24,156 nt of DNA from a virus (lineage: Duplodnaviria > Caudoviricetes). The DNA lies in the IMG/VR virus record IMGVR_UViG_3300033562_002574, positions 1 through 24,156 of that record, one strand, 5' to 3'. Positions 16,359 to 24,156 of this stretch are shown piece after piece (within the stretch, counting starts at the first letter, position 1; each line of letters opens with the position of its first letter). The notes beneath the pieces are model-generated. The model made no database searches. It was given only the letters and a program-made list of their open reading frames with translations, and was not told the origin of the DNA. The position numbers were made by a program, and so were the translations under genes.

Positions 16359-16390
16359 AGCTATAACAGGTGCTAAAACGCCATTAATGT
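16359..16390 (+). repeat. Truncated attC-like site 3 (left arm only)
   Basis: AGCTATAACAGG begins like hairpin 2 (TATAACAGG) and complements the cassette-2 core GTTATAGCT. No right arm is visible. Confidence 0.6.
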
Positions 16391-16446
16391 TGCCAATTTT
16401 CTTTCGGAATATTTAAAATTTAACCGAACTCTATCACCTATATTCA

Positions 16447-17094
16447 TTACAAATCAGTATATTTCAAAGCCACGCGGCGCATCTTTTGATTTTCAGTGTC
16501 GAGTACCGAAACATACAAACCACTATTACCGGGCTTCTTACGAACCGCTTTGTCGAACAAATCAACGGCTTCTAAAAACAACTGTTTGTTTGCCGAAAGC
16601 TTCTTCTCCTCGTTCACGCGGTCGCGCATCGAACGCAGGCTTAATACTTTGCTCATATCTAAACGTCCGCCCGAAGTGAACAAAAGGTTGTTTACCAGGT
16701 CGCGCAAAAAAGTTACTATTTCGTTTTCGTTACCGAAGCTTTTGAAGTACTCATCAAATTTTTGTTTAACAATGTCTGTGTATGTAGCATCGAAATATAC
16801 ATTGTCAGGCATGGTTATTTTCACTTCAATACTGTTATCAAACGAAGTAAAAGTGAAACCATCAATAGATGTTACATTGCCTTTTAATTTTGCATCGGCT
16901 ATTTTAGCATCGCGGATTTCTACGTATGCTTTTGCTTTTGCTTCTTCAACTGCTTGCAGTGCTTTTTCGGCACGTAGGGCAGCGGTTGCAACGCGCTGCG
17001 CATGTTTTTCTTCTATTTTCAATACATTACTTATTGCGTAGATTGGAATAGCGTTCCCGCGTGCATCAACCCACTCTGCTCCTGTTTGTTTCAT
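16447..17094 (-). CDS. DUF3164-like protein of Mu-like phages
   Basis: 215 aa with WVDARGNAIP, TFTSFDNSIEVKI and LDMSKVLSL patterns, in early-operon context. Confidence 0.75.
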   Translation of the reverse strand: MKQTGAEWVDARGNAIPIYAISNVLKIEEKHAQRVATAALRAEKALQAVEEAKAKAYVEIRDAKIADAKLKGNVTSIDGFTFTSFDNSIEVKITMPDNVYFDATYTDIVKQKFDEYFKSFGNENEIVTFLRDLVNNLLFTSGGRLDMSKVLSLRSMRDRVNEEKKLSANKQLFLEAVDLFDKAVRKKPGNSGLYVSVLDTENQKMRRVALKYTDL

Positions 17095-17315
17095 TTTTGT
17101 ACCCTTTCGTTAGTATTGTTTATAATATTATTATTGTCAGTTCCTATTTTTGTACTTAATTCATTATCAATTTCGCTGCGTTCTTCGGCTGTCAAAGTTT
17201 CGTCGGTATAGCGTACCAACCCTATTTTAGAAAGAACTCCTATTAGCCGGTTCTCTTCTTTGGTAGATACAATGCTTACCTCGCCGTATTCGTAAACTCT
17301 TATGTGGTTATACAT
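17091..17315 (-). CDS. Hypothetical protein
   Basis: 74-aa ORF with an ATGA overlap to the next gene. Confidence 0.65.
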   Translation of the reverse strand: MYNHIRVYEYGEVSIVSTKEENRLIGVLSKIGLVRYTDETLTAEERSEIDNELSTKIGTDNNNIINNTNERVQK

Positions 17316-17339
17316 ATAGTTAAGTTTAAGTGGTTAATA

Positions 17340-17615
17340 CTAACCTAACGGCAGCTTTGACTGGTTCTTTTCTTCTATTAGTGCTACAAGCATTGCGTCA
17401 AATTTCGCTTCGTATTCTTTCGACCTAACTAAAAACTGTTGGTCGCGGTGTTTAAAATAGTCGCGTTGGTTTTTGCGCATCAAAAAAGCGGTGTTCAAAA
17501 ACTCTTTGAAAAAATAAAATGTTTGTGCACTAACCATCTCTGCTATTTTGTTATCAGTTCCAAAACCTTCAAATAACAAAATCATTTCTTCTGCAAAATC
17601 TCTAACTGTTGGCAT
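17340..17615 (-). CDS. Hypothetical phage protein
   Basis: 91 aa with an MRKNQRDYFK..SKEYEAKFD pattern; tightly packed in the operon. Confidence 0.7.
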   Translation of the reverse strand: MPTVRDFAEEMILLFEGFGTDNKIAEMVSAQTFYFFKEFLNTAFLMRKNQRDYFKHRDQQFLVRSKEYEAKFDAMLVALIEEKNQSKLPLG

Positions 17616-17639
17616 AGCTATTATGTTTTTTAATTAATA

Positions 17640-17918
17640 CTAATCGTTATAAAATGAATTATTAGCTGTAATATATCGACTATTTAAGCTAATAGTAGCA
17701 AGTGGCTTTTCGCCCTGGCTAATATATCGTAGTCGATTTTTTAAATTAAATATTTTGATATTTAACAATTTAGCCCTTTCCATTAAAAGCTCTTCACTAA
17801 TAGAACCGTTATCAAACAGCCTTTGTAAATATTCAACTTCTTTATCGGCAGCATTTAAGTTGTGTTCCAACTGTTTGCGCTCTAAACTTTTATTCGGTTT
17901 TTTTATAAACTTGTCCAT
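17640..17918 (-). CDS. Hypothetical coiled-coil protein
   Basis: 92-aa ORF, tightly packed in the operon. Confidence 0.7.
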   Translation of the reverse strand: MDKFIKKPNKSLERKQLEHNLNAADKEVEYLQRLFDNGSISEELLMERAKLLNIKIFNLKNRLRYISQGEKPLATISLNSRYITANNSFYND

Positions 17919-17930
17919 CAGTTAATACAA

Positions 17931-18362
17931 TTAATTATGTTTAACATTTTTTGCATAAACACGGCGCATTGCTTGAAACTGTTTATTCATAAGGTCAAGC
18001 TCCGGTATAGTCAAGTCGTTTAGTCGTTTATTAAGTCGCATTTTATTAGCAATCCAGCGGTCTAATATTGAAACTTTCGTGGCGTTGGGCTCATTGCCTG
18101 TGAAAAAACCACAGTCGTAAGCCATTTTAAATATATTGCGCCGCTTGCGTTGTTTAATCTCGCGCTCGGAGCGTTCCTTTTTGTTCAACTCCGCTTGCAG
18201 CAAATTTATAAGCGCGTGCATTTCTGCAAAAAACATCTCGGCACTGCTCGCCGTGCGCGAGTTTGTGGCATTAAAAACAAGTTCTTTACGCACATCTTCG
18301 TTTATATTCAATTTGTTAATCAGTGCGTAGAACCTTTTGCTTTGCGAATTTGTGCGTTTCAT
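17931..18362 (-). CDS. GemA / Mu gp16-like protein
   Basis: RFYALINKL..RKELVFNATNSRTASSAEM..EMHALI and KRLNDLTIPELDL patterns. Confidence 0.65.
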   Translation of the reverse strand: MKRTNSQSKRFYALINKLNINEDVRKELVFNATNSRTASSAEMFFAEMHALINLLQAELNKKERSEREIKQRKRRNIFKMAYDCGFFTGNEPNATKVSILDRWIANKMRLNKRLNDLTIPELDLMNKQFQAMRRVYAKNVKHN

Positions 18363-18398
18363 AAGCTTGTTTTTTTTAAGGTTTTGGAATAATAATAA

Positions 18399-19013
18399 TT
18401 AAGTAGTAAGCCAAATCTGCTCGGCTTTGTCAGCCCAAATAACATAAGGCTCGCCGCCTCCGTATCTACTTTTTGGAAAGGCTTTAAAGCCTTCAATCCA
18501 GATTTTAATATCGGCATCGTAATGAACAGTCTTTGCGCTACGTCCGGCAGGCTGCTTGCCCTCGGCGTGTGAAATGATAACAAACATTTTATTTCGAAAC
18601 TCATCAACTAATTTTTTGAAGGCAATAGCATTCAAATTCATATATTGAAAGCTATCTATAAATACAATCTTTGGGCTTTTTGGTTTTTTCAAGTATGCCC
18701 GCAACTCAACAATTGGCATTTTATCAATAACTATTATATTATCATTTTTGCCAATTTCGGCAAGTTGAAATGCAAGCATTAAGCTCCGCGACAAACCTTC
18801 TTCTAAACTATTGTAAGCCACGCGTTCAAATGTTGAAAGGTATTTTGCAAATTGCACAGCAAAAGATGTTTTACCATTAGCACTATTGCCGTATATAAAT
18901 ATAGTTGCCGATTGTTCGGGATGCCCGCAGAAGTCTTCCCAAATACCATCAAATTCATATACTTTAATCTTCTTGCTGTAAAATTGCTGTACACCTATTA
19001 CTTTGCCTGCCAT
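18399..19013 (-). CDS. RecA/RadA-like P-loop ATPase
   Basis: Walker A GNSANGKT, YNSLEEG and Walker B IVFIDSFQY. ATG 19013 lies just after the stop of the B gene. Confidence 0.85.
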   Translation of the reverse strand: MAGKVIGVQQFYSKKIKVYEFDGIWEDFCGHPEQSATIFIYGNSANGKTSFAVQFAKYLSTFERVAYNSLEEGLSRSLMLAFQLAEIGKNDNIIVIDKMPIVELRAYLKKPKSPKIVFIDSFQYMNLNAIAFKKLVDEFRNKMFVIISHAEGKQPAGRSAKTVHYDADIKIWIEGFKAFPKSRYGGGEPYVIWADKAEQIWLTT

Positions 19014-19014
19014 T

Positions 19015-19872
19015 TTATTTCGATTTTTGATTTTCAATATATAAGCGGCTTAAAGAACCGCCTGTTTTCGCAAATAACTCTTGATAATTACTCATTTCAT
19101 TCGCTGCCGCCACTATTTTCAATTCTGACCTTAGAAACGCAGTTCTATCATCTTTACCTTGCGGAGTTATTCTTTGGTATTTCTCACCGTACCTACGAAA
19201 TACTTCCGAATACCCAACTTTCATATTATTCAAACCTCTTTCAAACTTTGCGCGAAAACCATCGGCACCCATCATGTACCAACCGCACATATATTCGGTT
19301 GCATTGTATAATGCTTTTAGTTCTAAAAAGGCTGCATAAGCAAGGTCTCCAGCTTCGTCTAAAATGATAATAGGATGATCTAAGGTTTTCAAGTAGAATA
19401 TCAAATCGTTGTAAACCTCCGCGTATTTTGAAGTGCTCGATATGCCAAATTCCAATGCAATTTTGCGCACTAACTGCTGCTTACTTTTTACTTGCGAACA
19501 ATCAATATAAACAGCATTTTCAGCGGTTTTAACCCAATGTTTTGCACAAAAGGTTTTTCCGATTCCGGCAGCGTCGCAAAGCATTAATGCTATACTTTTA
19601 TCTTTACAGGCTTGCAGGTGTGTACTTATAACTTGATATGTGAATGTATTTGCTGCATTCCACTTTACGCTATTTCCATAATTAACATCAAGTTTGCGAG
19701 CAATTGAAACCCATTGTCCATCGCCAAGCACCTTATCTATATCACCGCGAACTACTCTACTATATTGTGCAGGTGCAATTCCTAATGAAACCGCATGTGC
19801 GCGTTGCGATTTGTAATTAGCCGAAGCCTCTTTAATTGCATCTACGACTTTTAATTTGAATTCTGTTGTCAT
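19015..19872 (-). CDS. MuB-like AAA+ ATPase (transposition protein B)
   Basis: N-terminal HTH-like region, Walker A AGIGKT and Walker B IIILDEAGDL; downstream of the transposase. Confidence 0.9.
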   Translation of the reverse strand: MTTEFKLKVVDAIKEASANYKSQRAHAVSLGIAPAQYSRVVRGDIDKVLGDGQWVSIARKLDVNYGNSVKWNAANTFTYQVISTHLQACKDKSIALMLCDAAGIGKTFCAKHWVKTAENAVYIDCSQVKSKQQLVRKIALEFGISSTSKYAEVYNDLIFYLKTLDHPIIILDEAGDLAYAAFLELKALYNATEYMCGWYMMGADGFRAKFERGLNNMKVGYSEVFRRYGEKYQRITPQGKDDRTAFLRSELKIVAAANEMSNYQELFAKTGGSLSRLYIENQKSK

Positions 19873-19879
19873 GGCTTGT

Positions 19880-20230
19880 CTAATTAATTGGATTGTTTAC
19901 TATGCTGTTTGATTTTTCAAGAGATTCGTAAAAAGAATGAGTATCAATACCTGTATAAACTCGAACTAACTCTCTTAGCTTGGTGCCAAGTTCCAACGCC
20001 ATTGCCTCGCGTTCCGGCTGCGCTATATTTTCGCGCTCGCACAAATTCCACATATTCGTAAGAAGAACATCCATAAATATTTTACTCACCGCGCGAAAAG
20101 CATCTTTGTTATAAGGAATAGGAAGCGCAACTCTAACCTGATGGTCTAATATTACATCTTCCATTGTATTCAAACTTTTTGTTATAGCTGCTGCCAGCTC
20201 GCTTAAATAAACGTTTATATCTTTTTTCAT
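19880..20230 (-). CDS. Hypothetical protein between transposase and B ATPase
   Basis: 116-aa ORF with 11-nt and 7-nt gaps to its neighbours. Confidence 0.75.
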   Translation of the reverse strand: MKKDINVYLSELAAAITKSLNTMEDVILDHQVRVALPIPYNKDAFRAVSKIFMDVLLTNMWNLCERENIAQPEREAMALELGTKLRELVRVYTGIDTHSFYESLEKSNSIVNNPIN

Positions 20231-20241
20231 AAATTTTTTCT

Positions 20242-22260
20242 TTAATAATCAAAAGCGTTATTACTTGGGTTATAATTAAATTCTTCAATTTCAACTTCTT
20301 CTATAACAGGTAGTTTGTATGTTTCTAAAGGTTTGGTTTGTTCATTAAGCTTATTAGGAACAGGTTCGCGTGGCACAACAGCAACTTGTATTGCTTTATT
20401 TTGCCTGCCTGATTTTATCATTTTATCGAACCGACTAACATACTTATCCTGTAACAATTTAGCGGCGTCATCGGCATCGGTACGCTCTGCATGCGATTTA
20501 TTATAGGTTTCCACAACTCCGCACTCGGCTATGTAATTGTCGTTCTGATACACATACACTTTATCAATAACATCAACATCTTTGTTGGGTATATAATAAG
20601 CAACTACATTATAATTATTAGCTTGCAGCTTGCTCATTACTTCCGGCGTTGGCAAAAAATACTTAGTGTTAAGTGCTTTAAGATATTGGTTCCTAACTAT
20701 TGATGTATTCACCGGAATACCAATGTAGCGTGCAAATAATGCAGGTTCAAACTTGGCAGCATTTGGATTTTGATTTGCAAAGAATACATCTAAGCGGCTC
20801 ATACCTTTATAATTAACTTGGTCGGGGTGCAATGCGTTGTTATAAGCGTTGTTTATAAACATATCATCTGCAACAATCTCGTCGTAAGTGTATTTTGTTG
20901 CTTTATCGAACATTCCGTCAGAGTTCCAAACCTTATCTTGTTTAGGTCGGTTTGTTTCCGACAAAGTGTATCTACCAATGCCATCTTGAAAGGTTTTTTC
21001 GAATTGATATTTTTTAATTCCAATCAATCGCTCTGCTTTCTTTTCCTGTGAGTTTTGCGATTCGCAAAATCTAACAAATGGAAATACAACTCCAGCTTTC
21101 ATCAAATCATTTTTGAAATTGGAAACTAAATGCTGCTCAACTTCCATTTCCATTGGCATTCCACAATTGTTTCTATCTAAAAATCTAAACATATCGCGCA
21201 AACAATCTATAAACAGCTCACTATCTTTATTCATCGAATAACTAATTCCGATTAAAGCTTCAGACGCGATATCGAAAGCATAATAAGCTTTCACACGCTT
21301 GCCGTTACTTAATTTACGTGGTAAGTCCCTATCATCGAGTGTAATTTCCGAAAGTGAAAACAAAGGTCGGTGCATGTGGCGATGCGGGCGATGTAAACCA
21401 TTGTAATAATGGTAATCGTTACGTTGCGAATCGACTATTGCGCGGTTTTTTGGATTGTTTATGTAATTCCAAATTGTACTTTCAGAGATAACAATAGGCA
21501 CACCTTTGGAATTATAGAAATTATCTAAATTAAACATCTCCCCACTTTGAATATCTACCACATCAATTTTGGAATTCAAGAAATCTAAATACATACTTGC
21601 AACCGCCGACACATAAGGTTTGTTATTTAACACATACAGCGACAATATCAATTTTTCGATCTCTTCATTAACTTTTTTGCTGTTATAATTACCATAACCG
21701 CTATGTATTATAGCTGCGTAACCGTTTTTAGAGAAATCATCGCACTTAACTTGCAACCTCTTATAATTAGAAGGCAATTTGTGCGAGTATTCAGGTTTTA
21801 AATCATTAACAATAAACGACAACTGCTGCCATATACCAACCTTTGTAATTTCGCGCTTCAAGCGTTCAATAACAACCTTTTGATGTACCGTATTGCAACC
21901 TTTCATAAACATAACGTTATCGTGATATTGTTTGGCAAGCTTTGTTGAAAGATAATCGCCATCAGGCAATTTATAATTACCAAAATATTGTATAGCATCG
22001 CGGTCGGGCACCAAGTGCTCGCGAAAAAAGTTATGCCGCGATAATTTATACACATCGTATTTTTGTTCGATAGCATTTCGCAATTCTGCAGGCAAACTTT
22101 CGTATTCAATTAATGCGCTGCGTCCGTTTCCACCAATTCTAACTCTTCGTATTTTACCTCTTTGTATATAATTTTTATAATTAGCAACAGTAAGCAAACC
22201 TCCATCGCCTGTAAGCCATTCAGCTTTGATACATAATATATTATTGTACATTTCTAACAT
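20242..22260 (-). CDS. MuA-like DDE transposase
   Basis: About 672 aa from ATG 22260. N-terminal DNA-binding region (ALIEYESLP) and an RNase H-like core (TLDDRDLP..AYYAFDIASEALIG..EVEQH..NSQEKKAER). Confidence 0.9.
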   Translation of the reverse strand: MLEMYNNILCIKAEWLTGDGGLLTVANYKNYIQRGKIRRVRIGGNGRSALIEYESLPAELRNAIEQKYDVYKLSRHNFFREHLVPDRDAIQYFGNYKLPDGDYLSTKLAKQYHDNVMFMKGCNTVHQKVVIERLKREITKVGIWQQLSFIVNDLKPEYSHKLPSNYKRLQVKCDDFSKNGYAAIIHSGYGNYNSKKVNEEIEKLILSLYVLNNKPYVSAVASMYLDFLNSKIDVVDIQSGEMFNLDNFYNSKGVPIVISESTIWNYINNPKNRAIVDSQRNDYHYYNGLHRPHRHMHRPLFSLSEITLDDRDLPRKLSNGKRVKAYYAFDIASEALIGISYSMNKDSELFIDCLRDMFRFLDRNNCGMPMEMEVEQHLVSNFKNDLMKAGVVFPFVRFCESQNSQEKKAERLIGIKKYQFEKTFQDGIGRYTLSETNRPKQDKVWNSDGMFDKATKYTYDEIVADDMFINNAYNNALHPDQVNYKGMSRLDVFFANQNPNAAKFEPALFARYIGIPVNTSIVRNQYLKALNTKYFLPTPEVMSKLQANNYNVVAYYIPNKDVDVIDKVYVYQNDNYIAECGVVETYNKSHAERTDADDAAKLLQDKYVSRFDKMIKSGRQNKAIQVAVVPREPVPNKLNEQTKPLETYKLPVIEEVEIEEFNYNPSNNAFDY

Positions 22261-22279
22261 AACAAAGGAGGTCTGCCGA

Positions 22280-22462
22280 TTAAAAAACGAAAAAAGCAAT
22301 AGCAATAAAACAAGAAGTAGTAATTAGTCCTGCCGCCAGCATATAGGCTTTAAAACTAATCTTTGCGCACGCCGAGCATTCGTATTTGCGGTTCCAAAAC
22401 CTAAGCATTGCACCCTTAGCTCCGCAAGTTTCACAAGTCGAGAATCTATACTTTTCATTCAT
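22280..22462 (-). CDS. Small protein with CxxC...CxxC and a C-terminal hydrophobic helix
   Basis: 60 aa with CETC, CSAC and a hydrophobic tail; tightly packed in the operon. Confidence 0.65.
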   Translation of the reverse strand: MNEKYRFSTCETCGAKGAMLRFWNRKYECSACAKISFKAYMLAAGLITTSCFIAIAFFVF

Positions 22463-22465
22463 GGC

Positions 22466-22894
22466 TTAGTTTTTTAAAAGATTTTCAAATTCCAAAAGGG
22501 CAGTAGAAAGTTGTTTATCTTTTTCATCAAACCAACGGACCTGTGTGCGAGCATCTATAATGGCAATTGCTAAAATCTCTTGTAAAACAAAAGTCATTGT
22601 ATTAACAATGAGTAACCATTTTCCAGGGTTTTGTTTTTGTCCGGTAAGGAAAGCATCGTTAAGATACTTCTCGGGGTTCGAAAACCACTTTTTGTAAGAG
22701 TTAATCGACTTCGGATGCAAATCGCCAAGCATTTCGTCCATTTTTTCATAAATCCGCGTTTTATAACGCGACATATACTGCTGGTGCAACTGAGGAGGAG
22801 CCTCGCCCAACGCTTTAAATACTTTGCCATTTTTAAGGAGAGTTGGTAATTCTCCTAAGCAAATATCACTTTGTTTGTTGTTCTTTTTATTCAT
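22466..22894 (-). CDS. Hypothetical protein in the Ner/Cro position
   Basis: 142 aa, first gene of the early operon, divergent from the repressor. No family recognised. Confidence 0.7.
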   Translation of the reverse strand: MNKKNNKQSDICLGELPTLLKNGKVFKALGEAPPQLHQQYMSRYKTRIYEKMDEMLGDLHPKSINSYKKWFSNPEKYLNDAFLTGQKQNPGKWLLIVNTMTFVLQEILAIAIIDARTQVRWFDEKDKQLSTALLEFENLLKN

Positions 22895-22983
22895 AACTTA
22901 GGTTTTAAGATTAAAAAATATCACTATGCAATTGTATAGATAATTTTTAACATAAACAAAAAAAACAACAAAAAATCAAAATT

Positions 22984-23364
22984 ATGTCAGAAATTTTAAA
23001 CAGAATAAAGCAAATAATTGATTATAAGCACATTTCATTTAGGAATATTGAAAGGCAAATTAACGCTTCTAACGGTATGCTAAGTACAGCGTACAAGAAT
23101 AGTACGGATATTCAAAGCAAATGGTTAGTTAATATATTAAAAACATTTCCGGAAATAGATGCGAATTGGTTATTGTTAGGAAAAGGCAGCATGTTGTTAG
23201 AAAAAAGCAACATGCAAAAAAATAATGATGTAATTAAAGAGGAGACTCCGCAAAAAATAAAAGACCTTCTTGATAAAATAGAAACCTTAAATAAAGAATT
23301 ACTACAACTATATAAAGAAATATACATATTAAACAAACAAATACAACAAACACGCAATTCTTAA
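22984..23364 (+). CDS. CI-like HTH repressor
   Basis: RIKQIIDYKHISFRNIERQINASNG...ILKTFPEIDANWLLLGKGSML XRE-type pattern with a C-terminal coiled coil; no S24 peptidase domain. Confidence 0.88.
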   Translation: MSEILNRIKQIIDYKHISFRNIERQINASNGMLSTAYKNSTDIQSKWLVNILKTFPEIDANWLLLGKGSMLLEKSNMQKNNDVIKEETPQKIKDLLDKIETLNKELLQLYKEIYILNKQIQQTRNS

Positions 23365-23534
23365 ATAAAAAAGCAAAAAGAAAATAATCTAAACACTTAA
23401 TATTCAAATTATTGCAAAATAAAACAGAGATTACAAAAATAGACATAACCCCCATGTTATATTGATTTTTTAGCAGTTTATAACCTTAATTTTGTATGTA
23501 ACTATATATGAATAACAATAAAAAATCATCAAAA

Positions 23535-23570
23535 TGAATCCCCAACTGAATCCCCAACTGAACCCCCAAC
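23535..23570 (+). repeat. 3 x 12-bp tandem repeat TGAA(T/C)CCCCAAC near the prophage end
   Basis: Units start at 23535, 23547 and 23559; the third has one substitution. Confidence 0.9.
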
Positions 23571-23618
23571 TATAATTTAGCTAAAATTATCATTTTGGAA
23601 ATTATCTACACAAAGGGC

Positions 23619-23656
23619 AAAAAAAACAGCCGTGCAAATAAAAAAAGCACGGCTGT
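23619..23656 (-). terminator. Inward-facing intrinsic terminator
   Basis: ACAGCCGTGC (23626-23635) / GCACGGCTGT (23647-23656) perfect 10-bp stem. The + strand A-run on its left gives a U-tract on the minus strand. Confidence 0.7.
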
Positions 23657-23775
23657 AAGCCTTATATACCAACAAAAGCACATAATATTAAGCATAATAG
23701 TAATACTGGTCGCAAAAGCGCTTAAAAATACTGTTATAATGCACCTGCAATACCGTTTAAATGGTAAAAATGGAA

Positions 23776-23857
23776 CATTTCGTTTTGAAACGCTCCCCCC
23801 TTAAAAATCTAATAATAAAACACTTAGCCTTTTTAAATTTCCGCCTTTTGTTTTCAG
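23776..23857. repeat. Candidate transposase-binding end repeats
   Basis: CATTTCGTTTTGAA (23776-23789) and CCTTTTGTTTTCAG (23844-23857), 10/14 identical, next to the inferred junction. Confidence 0.5.
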
Positions 23858-24156
23858 GGGTGTATATGCTAAAACTATTTCGGTTTTCGGTTGAAAATTC
23901 TTTTGCATTACCGCAAGCCATTGTTTCGTTTTGGGATAACAATCGGCATCGGTTAGTAGTAGCCAATTATTTTTTGCTGCTTTAATTCCAACGGTGAGTG
24001 CAAGTTTTTTGCCGTGTGTGAATTTCTTGTCTTTTTCAATGGTTGTTACATACAAGTGTTTATATTTTTGTTTCAGTAATGCTAATATATATGCACTTTC
24101 GTCGGTAGAACAATCGTTTACAACTACTACCTCAAAATTCGGGTAATCCTGTTCTA
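23801..24156 (-). pseudogene. Host family-2 glycosyltransferase fragment interrupted by the prophage (start outside the window; reads into phage DNA to a stop at 23801)
   Basis: EQDYPNFEVVVVNDCSTD...GKKLALTVGIKAAKNNWLLLTDADC (DxD)...EIVLAY. It stops about 20 codons later, before the remainder expected of such GT2 proteins. Confidence 0.88.

Larger units (their letters stand above)
1..23866. mobile_element. Mu-like (transposable) prophage; continues beyond the left edge; right boundary approximate (23856-23866)
   Basis: DDE transposase, AAA+ B-like ATPase, repressor, and Mu-type gp36/portal/gpF/gpG/gp37 head genes plus capsid and tape measure genes. A host GT2 reading frame is cut short at the right end. 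Confidence 0.95.

Noticed and set aside
17334-17643. Recurrent TTAATACTAA at two gene ends 300 bp apart
   Set aside because: Short and AT-rich, so compatible with chance or shared initiation-region bias. No hairpin or core sites.
23535-23570. Tandem repeat as a CRISPR array
   Set aside because: 12-bp units with no spacers, and no cas genes.
23234-23985. Short ORFs in the end region (23234..23455, 23595..23804, 23757..23966, 23761..23985)
   Set aside because: They overlap repeats, the terminator, the repressor or the GT2 frame, and have no protein-like features.

Overview
Almost the whole window (1 to about 23865) is the early-gene end and head/tail region of a Mu-like (transposable) prophage. 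The host is probably a Bacteroidota member, judged from TTTG-N18/19-TAnnTTTG promoters and the gene content. The prophage is inserted into a host family-2 glycosyltransferase gene at the right edge. From right to left it carries an end region with repeats, a CI-like repressor, a divergent early operon (DDE transposase A, AAA+ ATPase B, a RecA-like ATPase, GemA-like, DUF3164, YopX, a Mor-like regulator) and an accessory island. Two divergent late operons follow, sharing a symmetric promoter: rightward terminase/gp36/portal/MuF/gpG/gp37, and leftward protease/decoration/capsid/chaperone/tape measure. Four observations stand out. (1) The early operon holds a small array of integron-attC-like hairpins, with core-site complementarity offset by one cassette as in integron arrays, but no integrase in the window. 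(2) A probable -1 frameshift fuses the portal to a start-less MuF frame whose C-terminus resembles a degenerate JAB-type domain. (3) A c4/CI-like antisense RNA switch sits upstream of a broken ORF. (4) A standard tail chaperone -1 frameshift precedes the tape measure gene. Protein family names come from recognising motifs by eye; no database search was run.
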